Assembly (NCBI RefSeq): GCF_001194135.2
Contig: NC_068988.1
Span: 28,678,586 to 28,742,585, forward strand
Direction: 5' to 3'
Source: Octopus bimaculoides
Taxonomy: Eukaryota
DNA: 64,000 nt
Positions 13,133 to 25,329 of the stretch are shown here, piece after piece (the first letter of the stretch is position 1; every line of letters begins with the position of its first letter). The position numbers were made by a program, and so were the translations under genes. Below the pieces are notes generated by a model. That model searched no databases. It saw only the letters and a list, made by a program, of their open reading frames with translations, and was not told the origin of the DNA.

Positions 13133-13395
13133 TTGGGCAAGTGTCTTCTACTATAGCCTCAGGTCAACCAAAGCCTTGTGAGTGAATTTGGTAGATGGAA
13201 GCTGTGTAGAAGCCTGTCGTATATGAGTGTGCGCGTGTGTGTCCCGTTCCACTGCTTGAGAACAAGTGTTGGTTTGTTTAGGTCCCCGTAACCTAGTGGT
13301 TTGGAGAAAGAGACCGATAGAATAATTACCAAATTGGAAAATAGTATTGGAATCGATTTCGACTAAAACCCTTCGAGTCTGTGCTCCAGCGTGGT
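13133..13395 (+). mobile_element. SINE family A, 5'-truncated
   Basis: Starts at TTGGGCAAGTGTCTTCTACTATAGCC and runs to GTGCTCCAGCGTGG. Confidence 0.8.
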
Positions 13396-14251
13396 AGCTG
13401 ATGAAGGAAAATGTTCTCTATGTGGCCTGTGTGTTTTCTGTACTCTGGTTATTATTATTTTCTTGTCTACGTTTTGTTTGCAATGTCCTGTACCCAGATA
13501 TGCACCTATATACACAGATAGACGTAGGTATGCACATACCTGTACGTATATATGCATATACTCATTTATTATTTGTTTTATATATATGTATATATATATA
13601 TATATATATAATCGTCAATCATCGTTNNNNNNNNNNNNNNNNNNNNNNNNNNNNNNNNNNNNNNNNNNNNNNNNNNNNNNNNNNNNNNNNNNNNNNNNNN
13701 NNNNNNNNNNNNNNNNNNNNNNNNNNNNNNNNNNNNNNNNNNNNNNNNNNNNNNNNNNNNNNNNNNNNNNNNNNNNNNNNNNNNNNNNNNNNNNNNNNNN
13801 NNNNNNNNNNNNNNNNNNNNNNNNNNNNNNNNNNNNNNNNNNNNNNNNNNNNNNNNNNNNNNNNNNNNNNNNNNNNNNNNNNNNNNNNNNNNNNNNNNNN
13901 NNNNNNNNNNNNNNNNNNNNNNNNNNNNNNNNNNNNNNNNNNNNNNNNNNNNNNNNNNNNNNNNNNNNNNNNNNNNNNNNNNNNNNNNNNNNNNNNNNNN
14001 NNNNNGTGAAAACACGTCTGGTCGTGGGGAAATATTACCTTACTTGGAAACAGTTGGGGTTGGCGACAGTATGGTAGAGTGGATGTTAAAACGATGACAG
14101 AGGACGATGATGTATGTGTGTGTGTGTGTATTTATTAAACTTTGACTTCGAAGTTTACAAAGAAAAGGTTTAAGTTTCATCCAGTTTCTTGTACAAGTTT
14201 AATAAACATGTTGGATCTTAAAAACATTGAATAATCTTTCAGTTTAATGTT

Positions 14252-14658
14252 GGAGTGGCTGTGTGGTAAGTAGCTTGCTTACCAACCACATGTTTCCGGG
14301 TTCAGTCCCACTGTGTGGCATCTTGGGCAAGTGTCTTCTACTATAGCCTCGGGCCGACCAAAGCCTTGTGAGTGGATTTGGCAGACGGAAACTGAAAGAA
14401 GCCCGTCGTATATATGTATATATATATTTGTGTGTGTGTCTGTGTTTATGTGTCTGTGTTTGTCCCACCACCCTAGCATTGCTTGACAACCGATGCTGGT
14501 GTGTTTACGTCCCCGTAACTTAACAGTTCGGCAAAAGAAACCGATAGAATAAGTACTAGGCTTACAAAGAATAAGTCCCCGGGTCGATTTGCTCTACTAA
14601 AGGCGGTGCTCCAGCATGGCCGCAGTCAAATGACTGAAACAAGTAAAAAAGTAAAAGA
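14252..14658 (+). mobile_element. SINE family A, full length, little diverged
   Basis: A box TGGCTGTGTGG, B box GGTTCAGTCCC, CORE-like TGGCATCTTGGGCAAGT (recalled similarity to MIR core ACCTTGGGCAAGT), internal TA/TG microsatellite, GTAAAA-type tail. Confidence 0.9.
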
Positions 14659-15103
14659 TATCTAACTTGACATAAGAACAAAACATCGCGCGCGTGTGTG
14701 TGTGTGTGTATACATTATCGTTTATGTATGTATCCATCCCGCCTTCCCTCCCGATCTAATATCGTATTCAAGCCCCTTTAATACCTATGAGATAAACATC
14801 ATAAATCTTTGAAGATTTATTACTTCTCCATGAATGAAAACCTGCTGACGTAAAGGATGGGTTATTGATAAATCGTTCGCCTTCGATTTCGATGACAGGC
14901 ATTCAATTGTTCGATGATCGGCTGAACTAGATTAACGTTAGGTTAACGTGTAAGTAGATGAATATCTTCTTCGGACACGTGTGTCCCTTATAACGTATTT
15001 CTCTGGTCGAATCAGTGTCAAACAAAATGCACCAAGTCTGTCTGCAACTTTGAATTACAGGGATTAGCCATCTAACGAACTTCCTCTCCGTTTCCGTTAA
15101 CCC

Positions 15104-15560
15104 CAGTGGTTCTAAACCAGGGTCCCTATAAGATTATTTTGTTGTTAAAATATATGTACAATAAATTGATTGGTAATTTTTCAGATTAACACCCGCACGA
15201 TTACCTAACCCTAAACCTAACCCTAATCCTAACCTTAACCCTAACCCTGACCCTAAAACACTAACCCTAATCCTAACCGTAACCGTAACCCCTAACCCTA
15301 ACCCTAATCCTAACCCTAAAACCTGATCCTAAAACCCTAACCCTAACACCCTTGTGAAAATCGTGCGGGTGTTAATCTGAAAAATTACCAATTGATTATA
15401 CTTGTACAATATGTAAAATATTTTAAGTTCGTATTTTGTTAAAATACAATTGCTAATATTTCATTATCAAAATATAAGAGGAATTACTTTCTTGGTAAAC
15501 ATCGAATGGCTACAGGGGTTCCACCTAATAAAATAGGAATGGAAGGGTTTTGTATTATGT
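15104..15560. mobile_element. hAT-like MITE family E copy interrupted by the telomeric-repeat MITE
   Basis: Begins CAGTGGTTCTAAACCAGGGTCC; family E body continues on both sides of 15172-15389. Confidence 0.7.
15172..15389. mobile_element. MITE with 31-bp perfect TIRs, 8-bp TSD and a (CCCTAA)n core; Merlin-like ends
   Basis: TIR GGTAATTTTTCAGATTAACACCCGCACGATT 15172-15202 and its exact complement 15359-15389; TSD AATTGATT at 15164-15171 and 15390-15397; degenerate CCCTAA array 15203-15350. GG..CC ends plus an 8-bp TSD fit Merlin/IS1016 (established); hAT is not excluded. Confidence 0.85.
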
Positions 15561-15590
15561 AGTCCGAGTCGCAATATCTTTTATTTTTTA

Positions 15591-16170
15591 TTTACTTATT
15601 TCAGTCATTGGACTGCGGTCATGCTGGAGCACCGAATCGAAGGGTTTAATCGAACAAACCGACTCCATGACTTAATTTTAAAATCTGATACTTATTCTCT
15701 CGGTGTCTTTGCCGAAACGCTAAGTTACTGGGGATATAATCAAACCAACGCAGGTTGTCAGGCGGTGGTGAACACACACACACACACATTCTTTTATTTT
15801 TTTCCTTGTTTCAGTCTTTGGACTGCGGCCATGCTGGGGCTCCGCTTTGACGGATTTTAGTCGAACAAATCGATCCCAGCACTTTTTTAAGGCCTGGTAC
15901 TTCTTCTCTCCTTCTCTTTTGCCGAACCGCTGCATTAAGGAGACGTAAACAAACCAACTGCGGTTGTCAAGTGGTGATGGGGACAAGCACACACACATTC
16001 AACGGGTTTCCACACGAGTTTCCGTGTACTAAATCTACTCAAAAGTCATTGGTTCGGCCCAAAGCCGTAAGGAGAAGACACTTGCCCAAGGTGCCGCGCA
16101 TTGGGACTGAACCCAAAACCACGTGGTTGCAAAGTCTGAGTTTCTTAGTCATACAGACATGCCTGCGCCT
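15591..16170 (-). mobile_element. SINE family A plus an adjacent extra 3' half
   Basis: Two TTTCAGTC.TTGGACTGCGG.CATGCTGG tails (~15600 and ~15830); head ends GCCTGCGCCT at 16170. Confidence 0.8.
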
Positions 16171-17925
16171 GTCTGAAAAAAGAAACAAAAGACAAAAACA
16201 AAGAAAAAGATTTATTAGCGTAGTCCTAGATGCAGCATGACTGAAAAAAATTAAAAGAAAAATTGTCGTATGAGGTGGTCATGGTTACAACGCCCTTGAT
16301 CACCACATGTTTGCTTGATTAGCGCTGACAACAACAACAACTATATTTTCAAGCATGTGCCATTTTTTATTTAAGAGTTCTTTACTGGACTGAAAATGCG
16401 ATCTTGTTCTTTTTTTTTTCACTATTTAGCGTACACGTGGATATCGCGCACATATACAAGCTAGTGGTTGGGTCGGCCTGTACAAATAGATCTCTATCTC
16501 GTCCCTGATTAGATGTCTCTATTCTTTGAACACATGTCTAGAAATCTCTATTAGTGTTTGTGTATGTGTGGGAGAGAGAGGGTGGAAGTAAGAAGAAATA
16601 TCGATAATTTAGAAGAAGAACTCTTTGTAACATACTATGATGATTATGTTAGTGGTGGTGGTGATGGGGAAATTTTGTTTAGCATAACGTTTGTAAGCTA
16701 GTTAGCTGATTCCGAGGACTGGGTTTCGATTCTCAGTGAAAACCTGCACAAAACTGCATTATCTCGTTTACAAATATACAAGGCGATGTGATTTGCAGAA
16801 TCATTAGAGTTTCAGATAAAATGCTTTATGATATCTAATTGCGGTACTTTGCGTTCCGAGTTCAAATCAGTCCGAAGTCAATTTTGGCCTTTCATCCTTC
16901 CGAGGTCGATGAAATATAATACAAGTGAAAGCAATAGTGGTCGATTTAATATTCCGATAAAGCATCTGAGATGTGAATGGAGTTGGAGTTATAAAAGAAG
17001 ACTAAGACTTCATTTATGCTGATAAATGCCTTTGGACAAAACACAAAGCGTCGAAATATATCGAATTTCTTTTCTGCCTCGTAAATCTGAGGCCTTTACT
17101 CTCTCAGTCAATGAAATCGATAAATTATGTCCAGACAGAAGGAAGATGTGATGGGTACATGTGTGAGATATTTATTTATTAATTTATCAAATCACATCTA
17201 AGCAGCTTAAGTCATTATTATGACACTCGACGGCAACGTAGCAGCAGAGACGAAATTTTAGATCGCTGGATGCCTTTCTACTAGGTGATTCTGTTTAGCC
17301 CCAGGCCAGCCCTGATCGGTTTCACCTATCTTTTTAGGGGTATGTCTGAACAACACGATCTATCCCTTTCCTTATTTAAGAGGTTAGGGTGCGAAGTGAG
17401 AGAGATTGGGTTATTATTTCTAGCGAGTCGAGCGACTACATAAGGAGTCTCATTCGCCCGTATGCCGTCTAGTTTTTTATTTCTTTTGAGCTCAGGTCAA
17501 ACGCAGATCAAAATAAACCTGACTTAAGTTTGAGGTCAAATTTTTACCCCCAAATATTGTATGTTTAAGATAACATTATCCATTATGTCTGCACTTTTTT
17601 TCAAAGATGGTAGTGTGTGATTTGGCTGTTATTTCTAGCAGGCCATGCGACTGCATTAGTTATACTCTTTCATATGGAGTTCAGATCAAACCATGCTGGA
17701 CGTTCTCATTCAGTTTAGTTTGCGAATCATCAAACTAAGAACCAGTTATATACTGGGGATGGCAAGAAGAGATAAGATTGATTCAATCGTCAACCACCTC
17801 CTCCTTTGGCAACTATGAAAAGCATGCACAAGCCATATGTTGTTGATTGACTTGCTACAAATAACAATAAAATCACCCTTAAATCATCTGTATTCTTGAT
17901 AACCCCTAAGAAGAAAAAAATACAT

Positions 17926-18512
17926 AGGCGCAGGAGTGGCTGTGTGGTAAGTAGCTTGTTTACCAACCACATAGTTCCGGGTTCAGTCCCACTGCGTGGC
18001 ATTTTGGGCAAGTGTCTTCTACTATAGCCTTGGGCTGACCAAAGCCTTGTGAGTGGATTTAGTAGACGGAAATTGAAAGAAGCCCGTCGTATATATATAT
18101 ATATATATATATCATCATCATCATCATCATTTAACCTCTGCTTTCCATGCTAGCATGGGTTGGACGATTTGACTGAGGACTGGTGAAACTGGATGGCAAC
18201 ACCAGGCTCCAATCTGATTTGGCAGAGTTTCTACAGCTGGATGCCCTTCCTAACGCCAACCACTCAGAGAGTGTAGTGGGTGCTTTTACGTGTCACCCGC
18301 ACGAAGGCCAGTCAGGCGGTACTGGCAACGGTCACACTCAAAATGGTGCATTTTATGTGCCACCCGCACAAGAGCCAGTCCAGGGGCACTGGCAACGATC
18401 TCGCTCGAAAATCCTACGAAGGCCAGTCAGTAAATATATATATGTTTGTATGTCTGTGTTTGTCCCAACACCATCGCTTGACAACCAATGTGTGTCATGT
18501 CCCCGTAATGTG
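17926..18512 (+). mobile_element. SINE family A with nested family B insertion
   Basis: Head 17926-18090, (TA)n, family B 18113-18425, then A resumes TGTGTTTGTCCCAACACCATCGCTTGACAACC. Confidence 0.85.
18113..18425 (-). mobile_element. Retroposon family B ((GAT)n-tailed SINE/LINE 3' end)
   Basis: Reverse complement of ..TTAGGAAGGGCATCCAGCTGTAGAAAC..GCATGGAAAGCAGAGGTTAAATGATGATGATG. Also at 35323-35725(-), 35915-36120(-), 39722-40050(-), 42975-43200(+), 43755-43957(+), 45890-46090(-), 57550-57842(+) and 59360-59530(-). Confidence 0.85.
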
Positions 18513-19718
18513 TGGGTCAATAAATTAAGCACCAGTTGCGCACTGAGGTCGATCTAATTGACTCCCCCAAAATTTCAGGCCTTGTGCCTAGAGTAGAAAA
18601 GATTATCTTATGGCTTTGATATTTCAATGATGTGATTATTTATTTCTAAAATGCATTGTAGGATAGATATGAAAGGCCAGATCTGGCTTGTTTGAACATA
18701 AAACAGGTAGAATATTTTGACTGGATATAACTTATTTGAATGCTAAAGGGTTAACGATGATGATGATATATGCCCTACACTTTATCCTTCAGCGTCTTAT
18801 TTTATAAGACTATAAGATGTATTTGGGAGTGATTTAGCTGCTGTTTCTAACAGATTGGGTGACCCTATACAGGCTTTCATGTTGGCTTCAAATCAAACAT
18901 TTTGTTGTTGTTTAGCCCCTAGTGAGCCCTGATCAGGAAGATAGACCTATGATCAAAAGGATTCTAGCTCTGGCCATTGCGTGATGATGGTAGTATGCTT
19001 TTATGTTGAAAACATTGATTTTTTTTTTTTATTGAAAATAAAGTTTTTTTTTTATTGATAAATCTTAAGTGAGATTTATAATTCTTCTATTTTGGGTTAC
19101 TGCAGAATTTGTAGACATTCATATCTATATAAAATGCCATTAGATTTGTCTGTATATTGAATGTGGTTTGGTTTATGCATATATCTGATGAAAGTATGTA
19201 TGAATGATCATTGTTCAGTTTTATTTCAAGATTTCTTGCCAACAGAGGAAGAGCTGGTTTCTAACCTAAATCAAAGGTTCCTTCATTGGAATGTCAACAT
19301 CAACAATAGGGTATTTTTGTTTGTTTGTATGTATGTGTACAGATTTGTATGTTTTGTTTTATGTATTCTCATGCTTATAGTTGCATATCTAGACATGTTT
19401 ATATATATTTAAATGACAAATTTCTGGAAAGTTTTACAGATTTTTACAGTTCCAGTGATGGATTGGATCTGTAGTATGTATGTATGTATGTATGTACACA
19501 TGTATGTGTGTGTGCATGAATGTGTACATTAGATATTTTGGAGGGAGGAGAGGGAGAAACGAGAATGTGCAGTGCTCATGCATTTCCTATGCTATTGTCA
19601 ACAAAACGTTGTGTGGTGTAATGGGATTTTTCCTTTGAATAAAATTAGTGCCGTTGTTTGTCAACAACAACTGTCGGCGGTACTGTTATTTATGACATCG
19701 TTCGTGTGTTTGTACTGG

Positions 19719-19884
19719 TTTTAGCTTTAGGGTTTTAGGGTTAAGGTTTGGGTTTTAGAGTTAGGGTTAGGGTTTTAGGGTTATGAGTATTTTTGCCAAA
19801 TTTGGTGAAAATCTGTTCAATACACTGCCACAAATTTTTCACCAAATATGGCAAAAATACTCATGACCCTAACCCTAACCCTAT
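19719..19884. repeat. Inward-facing telomeric-like repeats flanking a ~35-bp inverted repeat
   Basis: (TTAGGG)-like 19719-19782; arm ATGAGTATTTTTGCCAAATTTGGTGAAAA; 24-nt spacer; arm TTTTCACCAAATATGGCAAAAATACTCAT; (CCCTAA) 19867-19883. Confidence 0.85.
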
Positions 19885-19892
19885 AAACACTG

Positions 19893-20050
19893 GGCCTCAA
19901 ATTTTAGAGGAGAGGTCTATTAGATTACACTGACCCCAGCATTCAACTGGTACTTATTTTGTCAACCCCAGAATGATGTAAGACTAAGTCAATTTTGGCA
20001 ACATTTGAATTCAGAATGTAAAGAACTGGAACAACTGCTACTAAGCATCC
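19893..20050 (-). mobile_element. SINE family C
   Basis: GACCCCAGCATTCAACTGGTACTTATTTTGTCAACCCC..ATTTGAATTCAGAATGTAAAG. Confidence 0.75.
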
Positions 20051-20767
20051 AGTCAGTTTGTTGCCTTTGGTATTAGTACAATTAGCATTAGTATTTGATA
20101 ATCATTATGTATTTGATAATTTGACATATTTGATAATCATGCATTTGTTTATAAAGCTGGTGTTTAACACTAGATTTAATATCTCCCCTCTTCTTGATTA
20201 TAACCAAACAACTGTCATTAACATGTATTGATGATCTAATGCCTACCTAGGTCATTTTGGGCATATAGGAATTAAATTGCCCTGTGTATATCTTCATAAC
20301 TTTTCCGTTTTATATATCAATTGTATGTGATCATATCTGACAGAAATTGAACCATGCATATCTTACTGAGCGGGCAAGCTTACTAACCAGTTTTGCCATT
20401 GTGTTTACAATGAATTTGATCCTTATCTTCACATGAATGTATTCCTTATTAGTGATATTTCCTGGTCTGTGTCTTCACATGAGTTTTAGCTCAATTGTTT
20501 CAGATTATATTAATCTGTTGGTGATTAAGATTTAATACATTTCTGTTCTGTTGACTTTAACATTTAGTTTATCTTCAGTTTGTCAATTTATGTAAGCTGT
20601 TATCTTTTGGTTGTGTCAGTCTTCCGATAATAACTGAATCATTTCTATAATTCTCTCTTTCTCTCTCTCTTGCTCTCTCATTATATATAAAATTAATATA
20701 TTACATTTCCTTTGCATTTCTTATCTTTGGTGGTTAATATTTATATATTATTATTGTTTACTTGTAG

Positions 20768-20791
20768 GAACCTATGGATGCCAACATGAAG
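20768..20791 (+). other. Candidate 24-nt 5' microexon (UTR/uORF) of the ZNF gene
   Basis: TTATTGTTTACTTGTAG|GAACCTATGGATGCCAACATGAAG|GTATGG. It cannot join the main ORF in frame because that frame contains TGA. Confidence 0.5.
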
Positions 20792-21842
20792 GTATGGTTA
20801 CTATGTTTTGTTCTCTAAACGACTGTATGGCTAAGGAGCTCACACCTTGGGCAAAGGTCTTGTGAGTGGATTTGGTAACGGAAACTGTTTGGAAGCCCAT
20901 GATATATATATGTGTACATATGTATTTGTGTGTATCCTTGTCTAGACATGATGCGATGGTTATAAATGAGTATCAGTGTCATACAAGTGAGGTTGTTCAT
21001 TTCCAGTCTTCTGTGAAAAAACATGTCTGGCTATGGGGTATTATTACCTTACATGGAGACCGGTGAGGGTTGGTGACAAGAAACTACATCTGGCTCTAGA
21101 AAATCTGCCACAAGGCATTCTATCGGTCCATGGAAAAGTGTGCCACTGTCAGAGTGTTGTAGATTCGTTTGGCTGTTGACTTTGACTGAGCTGTGACTGT
21201 TGGCTAATTAATGAATGAACAAACTATATATGTAGTTGCTGTCTGTCAAAGAAAAGCAACTAGAAAATGAGATTGTTAATGACAGTCCTATATGTTGTTT
21301 GTCGAAATAGTACTTGTTTATAACACTGGGATCTAATAAGTTAAACACCTACTGAGTTTATTGTATCTTTTGCTGGTCAGACTAGTTACTGATAAAAAGA
21401 TAAATTCTTTAAGTCCTACCAGACTGGAATGGGTTAGTCACTTGCTGACATCATCAGCCCTCAACAGACTTCTCTTTGTGTTATTTAGTTATTTTCACTA
21501 CTGAGTAGTAATTTGGGTTGGGCTCCTAGGTTGTGGGTTGGTATTTTAGTCTCTGCCAACATTCCTGCTACCAGTCTGATAAAATGAGCCAATTGCATGG
21601 ACATTTGGTGATGAAATGTATCCATCAATGGGTGATCAGCTGCGTTGATATCAAGGCTGCATGGAAGGGAAGAACATCAGGGAAGAATTAAAACTAGTCT
21701 CACAGTTAAAATGACCACTTCGAAGCTCTTTTGTGGCTGTTGTCTATCATCATTCAAATAAAACTGGACTTTTAATATAGCACATCAACCAGTCAGCACT
21801 ACAATGCTGTGTATAGATGACCTTGACCTTCAGCTTGATATT

Positions 21843-22070
21843 TCAGATTTTGGCACAAGGCCAGTAAGTTTGACATGGACGGGGTGGTTCGTTTAAGTCA
21901 ATTACATTGATCCCAGTGCTTGACCAGTACTTATTTTATTGACCCTGAAAAAAGGATGAAAGGCAAAGTCAACCTCAGCAGAATTTGAACTCAGAATGTA
22001 AATATCGGAAGAAATGCCACTAAGCTTTTTGCTCGGCATACTAACAATGTTGCCAGCTTGCTGTCTTAAC
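21843..22070 (-). mobile_element. SINE family C
   Basis: ATTTTGGCACAAGGCCAG..AGGATGAAAGGCAAAGTCAACC..CCACTAAGCTTTTTGCTCGGCATACTAAC..GCCAGC. Confidence 0.85.
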
Positions 22071-22254
22071 CTTCAGCTTCATATTAGCTGCATTACACAT
22101 CATTGGTTTAGAGATGCTAGACTGAACGTATGTCCAATGCACTTGGAAATTTAATATAAGTTGATCAATGAAGGATTTGGATGAGGATTGTGTTTGTATG
22201 AAATCCTATTTCAAATTGGGAAAATTTTTATGGTGACTTTTCTTCTGTTGGGTG

Positions 22255-22450
22255 ATGGCATGTGGCATAGTGATTATGGTGTTACACTCACTGTCATAAG
22301 GTTGTGATTTTGATTCTTGGACCAGGCGATGTGTTGTGTTCTCGAGCAAACCACTTCATTTAATGTTACTTCAGTCCACTCAGCCGTAAAGGAGTGACCC
22401 TGCAACAACTGGGAAGTTAACTCTGTGATAGACTGGCATCCCATTCAGTG
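22255..22450 (+). mobile_element. tRNA-headed SINE family F
   Basis: GGCATGTGGCATAGTGATTA..TTGATTCTTGGACC..TGTTGTGTTCTCGAGCAAACCACTT..CAGTCCACTCAGC; similar at 38167-38345(+) and 58470-58590(-). Confidence 0.7.
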
Positions 22451-22789
22451 TGGTGGATTGTAATCTCAATCACTTACACTCTTTGTAAACTTGGATAAGC
22501 TCAAGCCTTAAGAGTTCTAAGTTCATGACAGACCCAAGTCTTAAGTCTTTCTTCTGTTGCCACAGGTCTATGGAAGTGGTTGTTTGAATCTTACACAATG
22601 TCACAAGCAGTGCCAGTCTTTCAAAATCAGAACATCTCCCTAATATGACCCCAAATTTGGACAACTTCCCTCAATAATGAGCAATGATTCTATTGTGAAT
22701 ATGTTTGTGTTGATCCTTGAAAATTGTCCCTTACTCTCAGTGAAGTTGCTGAAGAAGTAGGCATCTGTAAAAGTTCATGCTACATAATT

Positions 22790-23300
22790 TCAAAAGTAAA
22801 ATTGAAGTTGCATCACGTACTTTCAAAATTTGTGAAGGAAAAGAGTTCAAAGTCACAATCAGTCAGGAGATCTGTTTAGCTGAATACTGATGGAAACTTT
22901 CTGAAAAAATGTCATAACAAATGATGGAACATGTTGTGACTGCAACATCAAAACAAAAAAGCAGTCTTCACAATGGGTTTAATAATCATTGCTTCAGCCA
23001 AAAAAAAAAGCACGTCAGAGTTGTTCAGATGTGAAGATGATGTTGACTGCATTTTTTTTGATGGCTGGGCATTGTTCATCATGAGTTTGTTTCATGTGAC
23101 CAGGTGATCAATTTGGATGTTCTGAATTATTTGAGAGAGGCACTGCAAAGAAAGGGGCCAGAAGTGTTGGCTGACAAAACCTTGATGCTGTCATGACATT
23201 GTAGTTGCTCATGTGGTCCCTCCAGATTTTTCTCTGCTCCTCAAGTTGAAACCAGCCTGAAAGGTTGCTAATTTTAAATGGCATAAAAGATTAGGGAAAT
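22790..23300 (+). pseudogene. Mariner (Tc1/mariner DD34D-type) transposase fossil
   Basis: Frameshifted segments KQSSQW (22959), ARQSCSDVKMMLTAF (23010), IVHHEFV (23071), LREALQRKGPE (23131) and PDFSLLLKLK..LKG follow the mariner catalytic-domain order. Confidence 0.8.
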
Positions 23301-23990
23301 TTGCAATGATAACCATGCGATATGCATCTACTAATATTGGAGACCAAATTGTGCAAGAAGTTAAGTGAGTGATTAGAATCCTTATTGAATAAGCAGTAAG
23401 ATGATATATGAAATACTTTGAAATGAATGGAAAGTTTCATGGAGATACTTAATTGATTCTCTAATCTAGGTGACCTAATTAGCTGTGGAGGTGGTTGCTC
23501 CAAAAGCATAACAGAGTGACCAGGTGTGTTTGTCAAGTAGAGGGCAATGGAGATCAGGTACTGTTTCACCAATGAACTTAAGAGAAAAAGAAGAGCAGAT
23601 CTTGAGAGAAAGGAGGGACTTGTAGGTAGGAGGTGTATCATTGAAGTAGTCTGAGAATGAGACTGTTACCATGGTGTTACAGAATCTAGTTGCCAAGGGA
23701 CTTGACACTTTATGGATGCAAAGTGGTGTTGGGGTGGGAGCATGGTTTGTTAGTTAAAAATGCATGTTTTTGGTTTCTCATTTAAGCATTTTGCATTTTC
23801 TGAATCTTTTGTAATAATGATTCATGAATATATTAATAAGTAAATAGTAAAATGAATTATATTAGTTTCACCAAATCTGGTCTGCCTTTGAAAGGATATG
23901 TGTGTGTGTGTGTGTGTATACACACATATCTATGTATATATGTATGCATGTATATGTGTATACATATGTACATGTGTATGTGCGTGTGTG

Positions 23991-24043
<53 letters not shown>

Positions 24044-24075
24044 NNNNNNNNNNNNNNNNNNNNNNNNNNNNNNNN

Positions 24076-24136
<61 letters not shown>

Positions 24137-25329
24137 ACACACACACACACACAGAGCCTAGTAAGTATAGAGTTATATTTATGAAAATAGCAGACAGAAT
24201 GTTTGCAGGTGTGCAAATAGGACTGGTGAAGCTAGAATTAAATAATTAAAATTGCATGAAGCAGCTTTGAATAGAAATGATTGTAGTTGGACATGATAAG
24301 ACCTATCACTGCAGGAATAGTCACAGAAAAAAAAATTCTTCACCTAAACTTGTGTAAAAACACATTTCATTTTCGGCTGTGAGTGATGTTATTACATTGT
24401 AAGACACATGAGATTTTGCATGATTCCTCTTCAATTAACTAATTGAAGTGGACCTTGGTTAGAGAGGGTGTGTCATTGATGAGGTTGCAAATATTAATGA
24501 AAGAACTTTGACAAACCTAGCTGATTGATTCATTGATTGATTGTCCAGATGATTAATCAAGTAATCGAATAGTTAATTAGTTGAATGGTTTATCAATTGA
24601 CTAATAATAATAAATAAAAGAAGTGAAATACAACCAGTGGGTGTGTTCATTATTGGCCTAATGACCTTCTCAAAATATAACAAAACTAATTAAAGCCATA
24701 CTTCTGAGGTCGTTTCTTATATTGTAAGTGATATTTCATGGTTCATTGGCTTTTTATATGATGATTTTTGTTTAGCCAAGGAATGGAAAGTTCTTGTTGG
24801 ATTATGGTGACTGATGTTGCTTCTTGAAATTGTGTGTGAAAGTAATGACAGACTTTTGTTTGTTTTGTGCATGTGTGTTATAGTATTATAAACCTTTGGT
24901 TGTGTCTGCATGTTTTGTGGCTAGAGGTTGTGTTTTTATCTTTTGTATTGAGCATATTCATGTGTGTAAGTTATGGTTGAATAGTTTTAATCAGGATTGA
25001 GGGTGGAGAGTTTAGCATGGCTTATTTAGGTTGTTTGTTAAACTAATTATGGATTTTTATATGCTTATTTTGTGATATTGGAATTATGGTTTTGAGGTGT
25101 TTCTATTTGTGTGTATGTATGTGAATGTATGATACAAGTACACACATGATGTATGTGTATGTTTACATGTATACATACCTAGTTACATACATATGTACAT
25201 ACATAGATATATACACATGTATAAATATGCATCATGATCAACAATGTTTTTATATCCATTTTTTCATGCTGGTATGGGTTAGACAAAACTTACTTGTTGA
25301 GAAAGATTTTCTATAGTTGGATGTTCCTT

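Noticed and set aside
23290-23720. Minus-strand ORFs faintly resembling a LINE endonuclease C-terminus
   Set aside because: The catalytic motifs (SxID, SDH) are not actually present; too degenerate to call.
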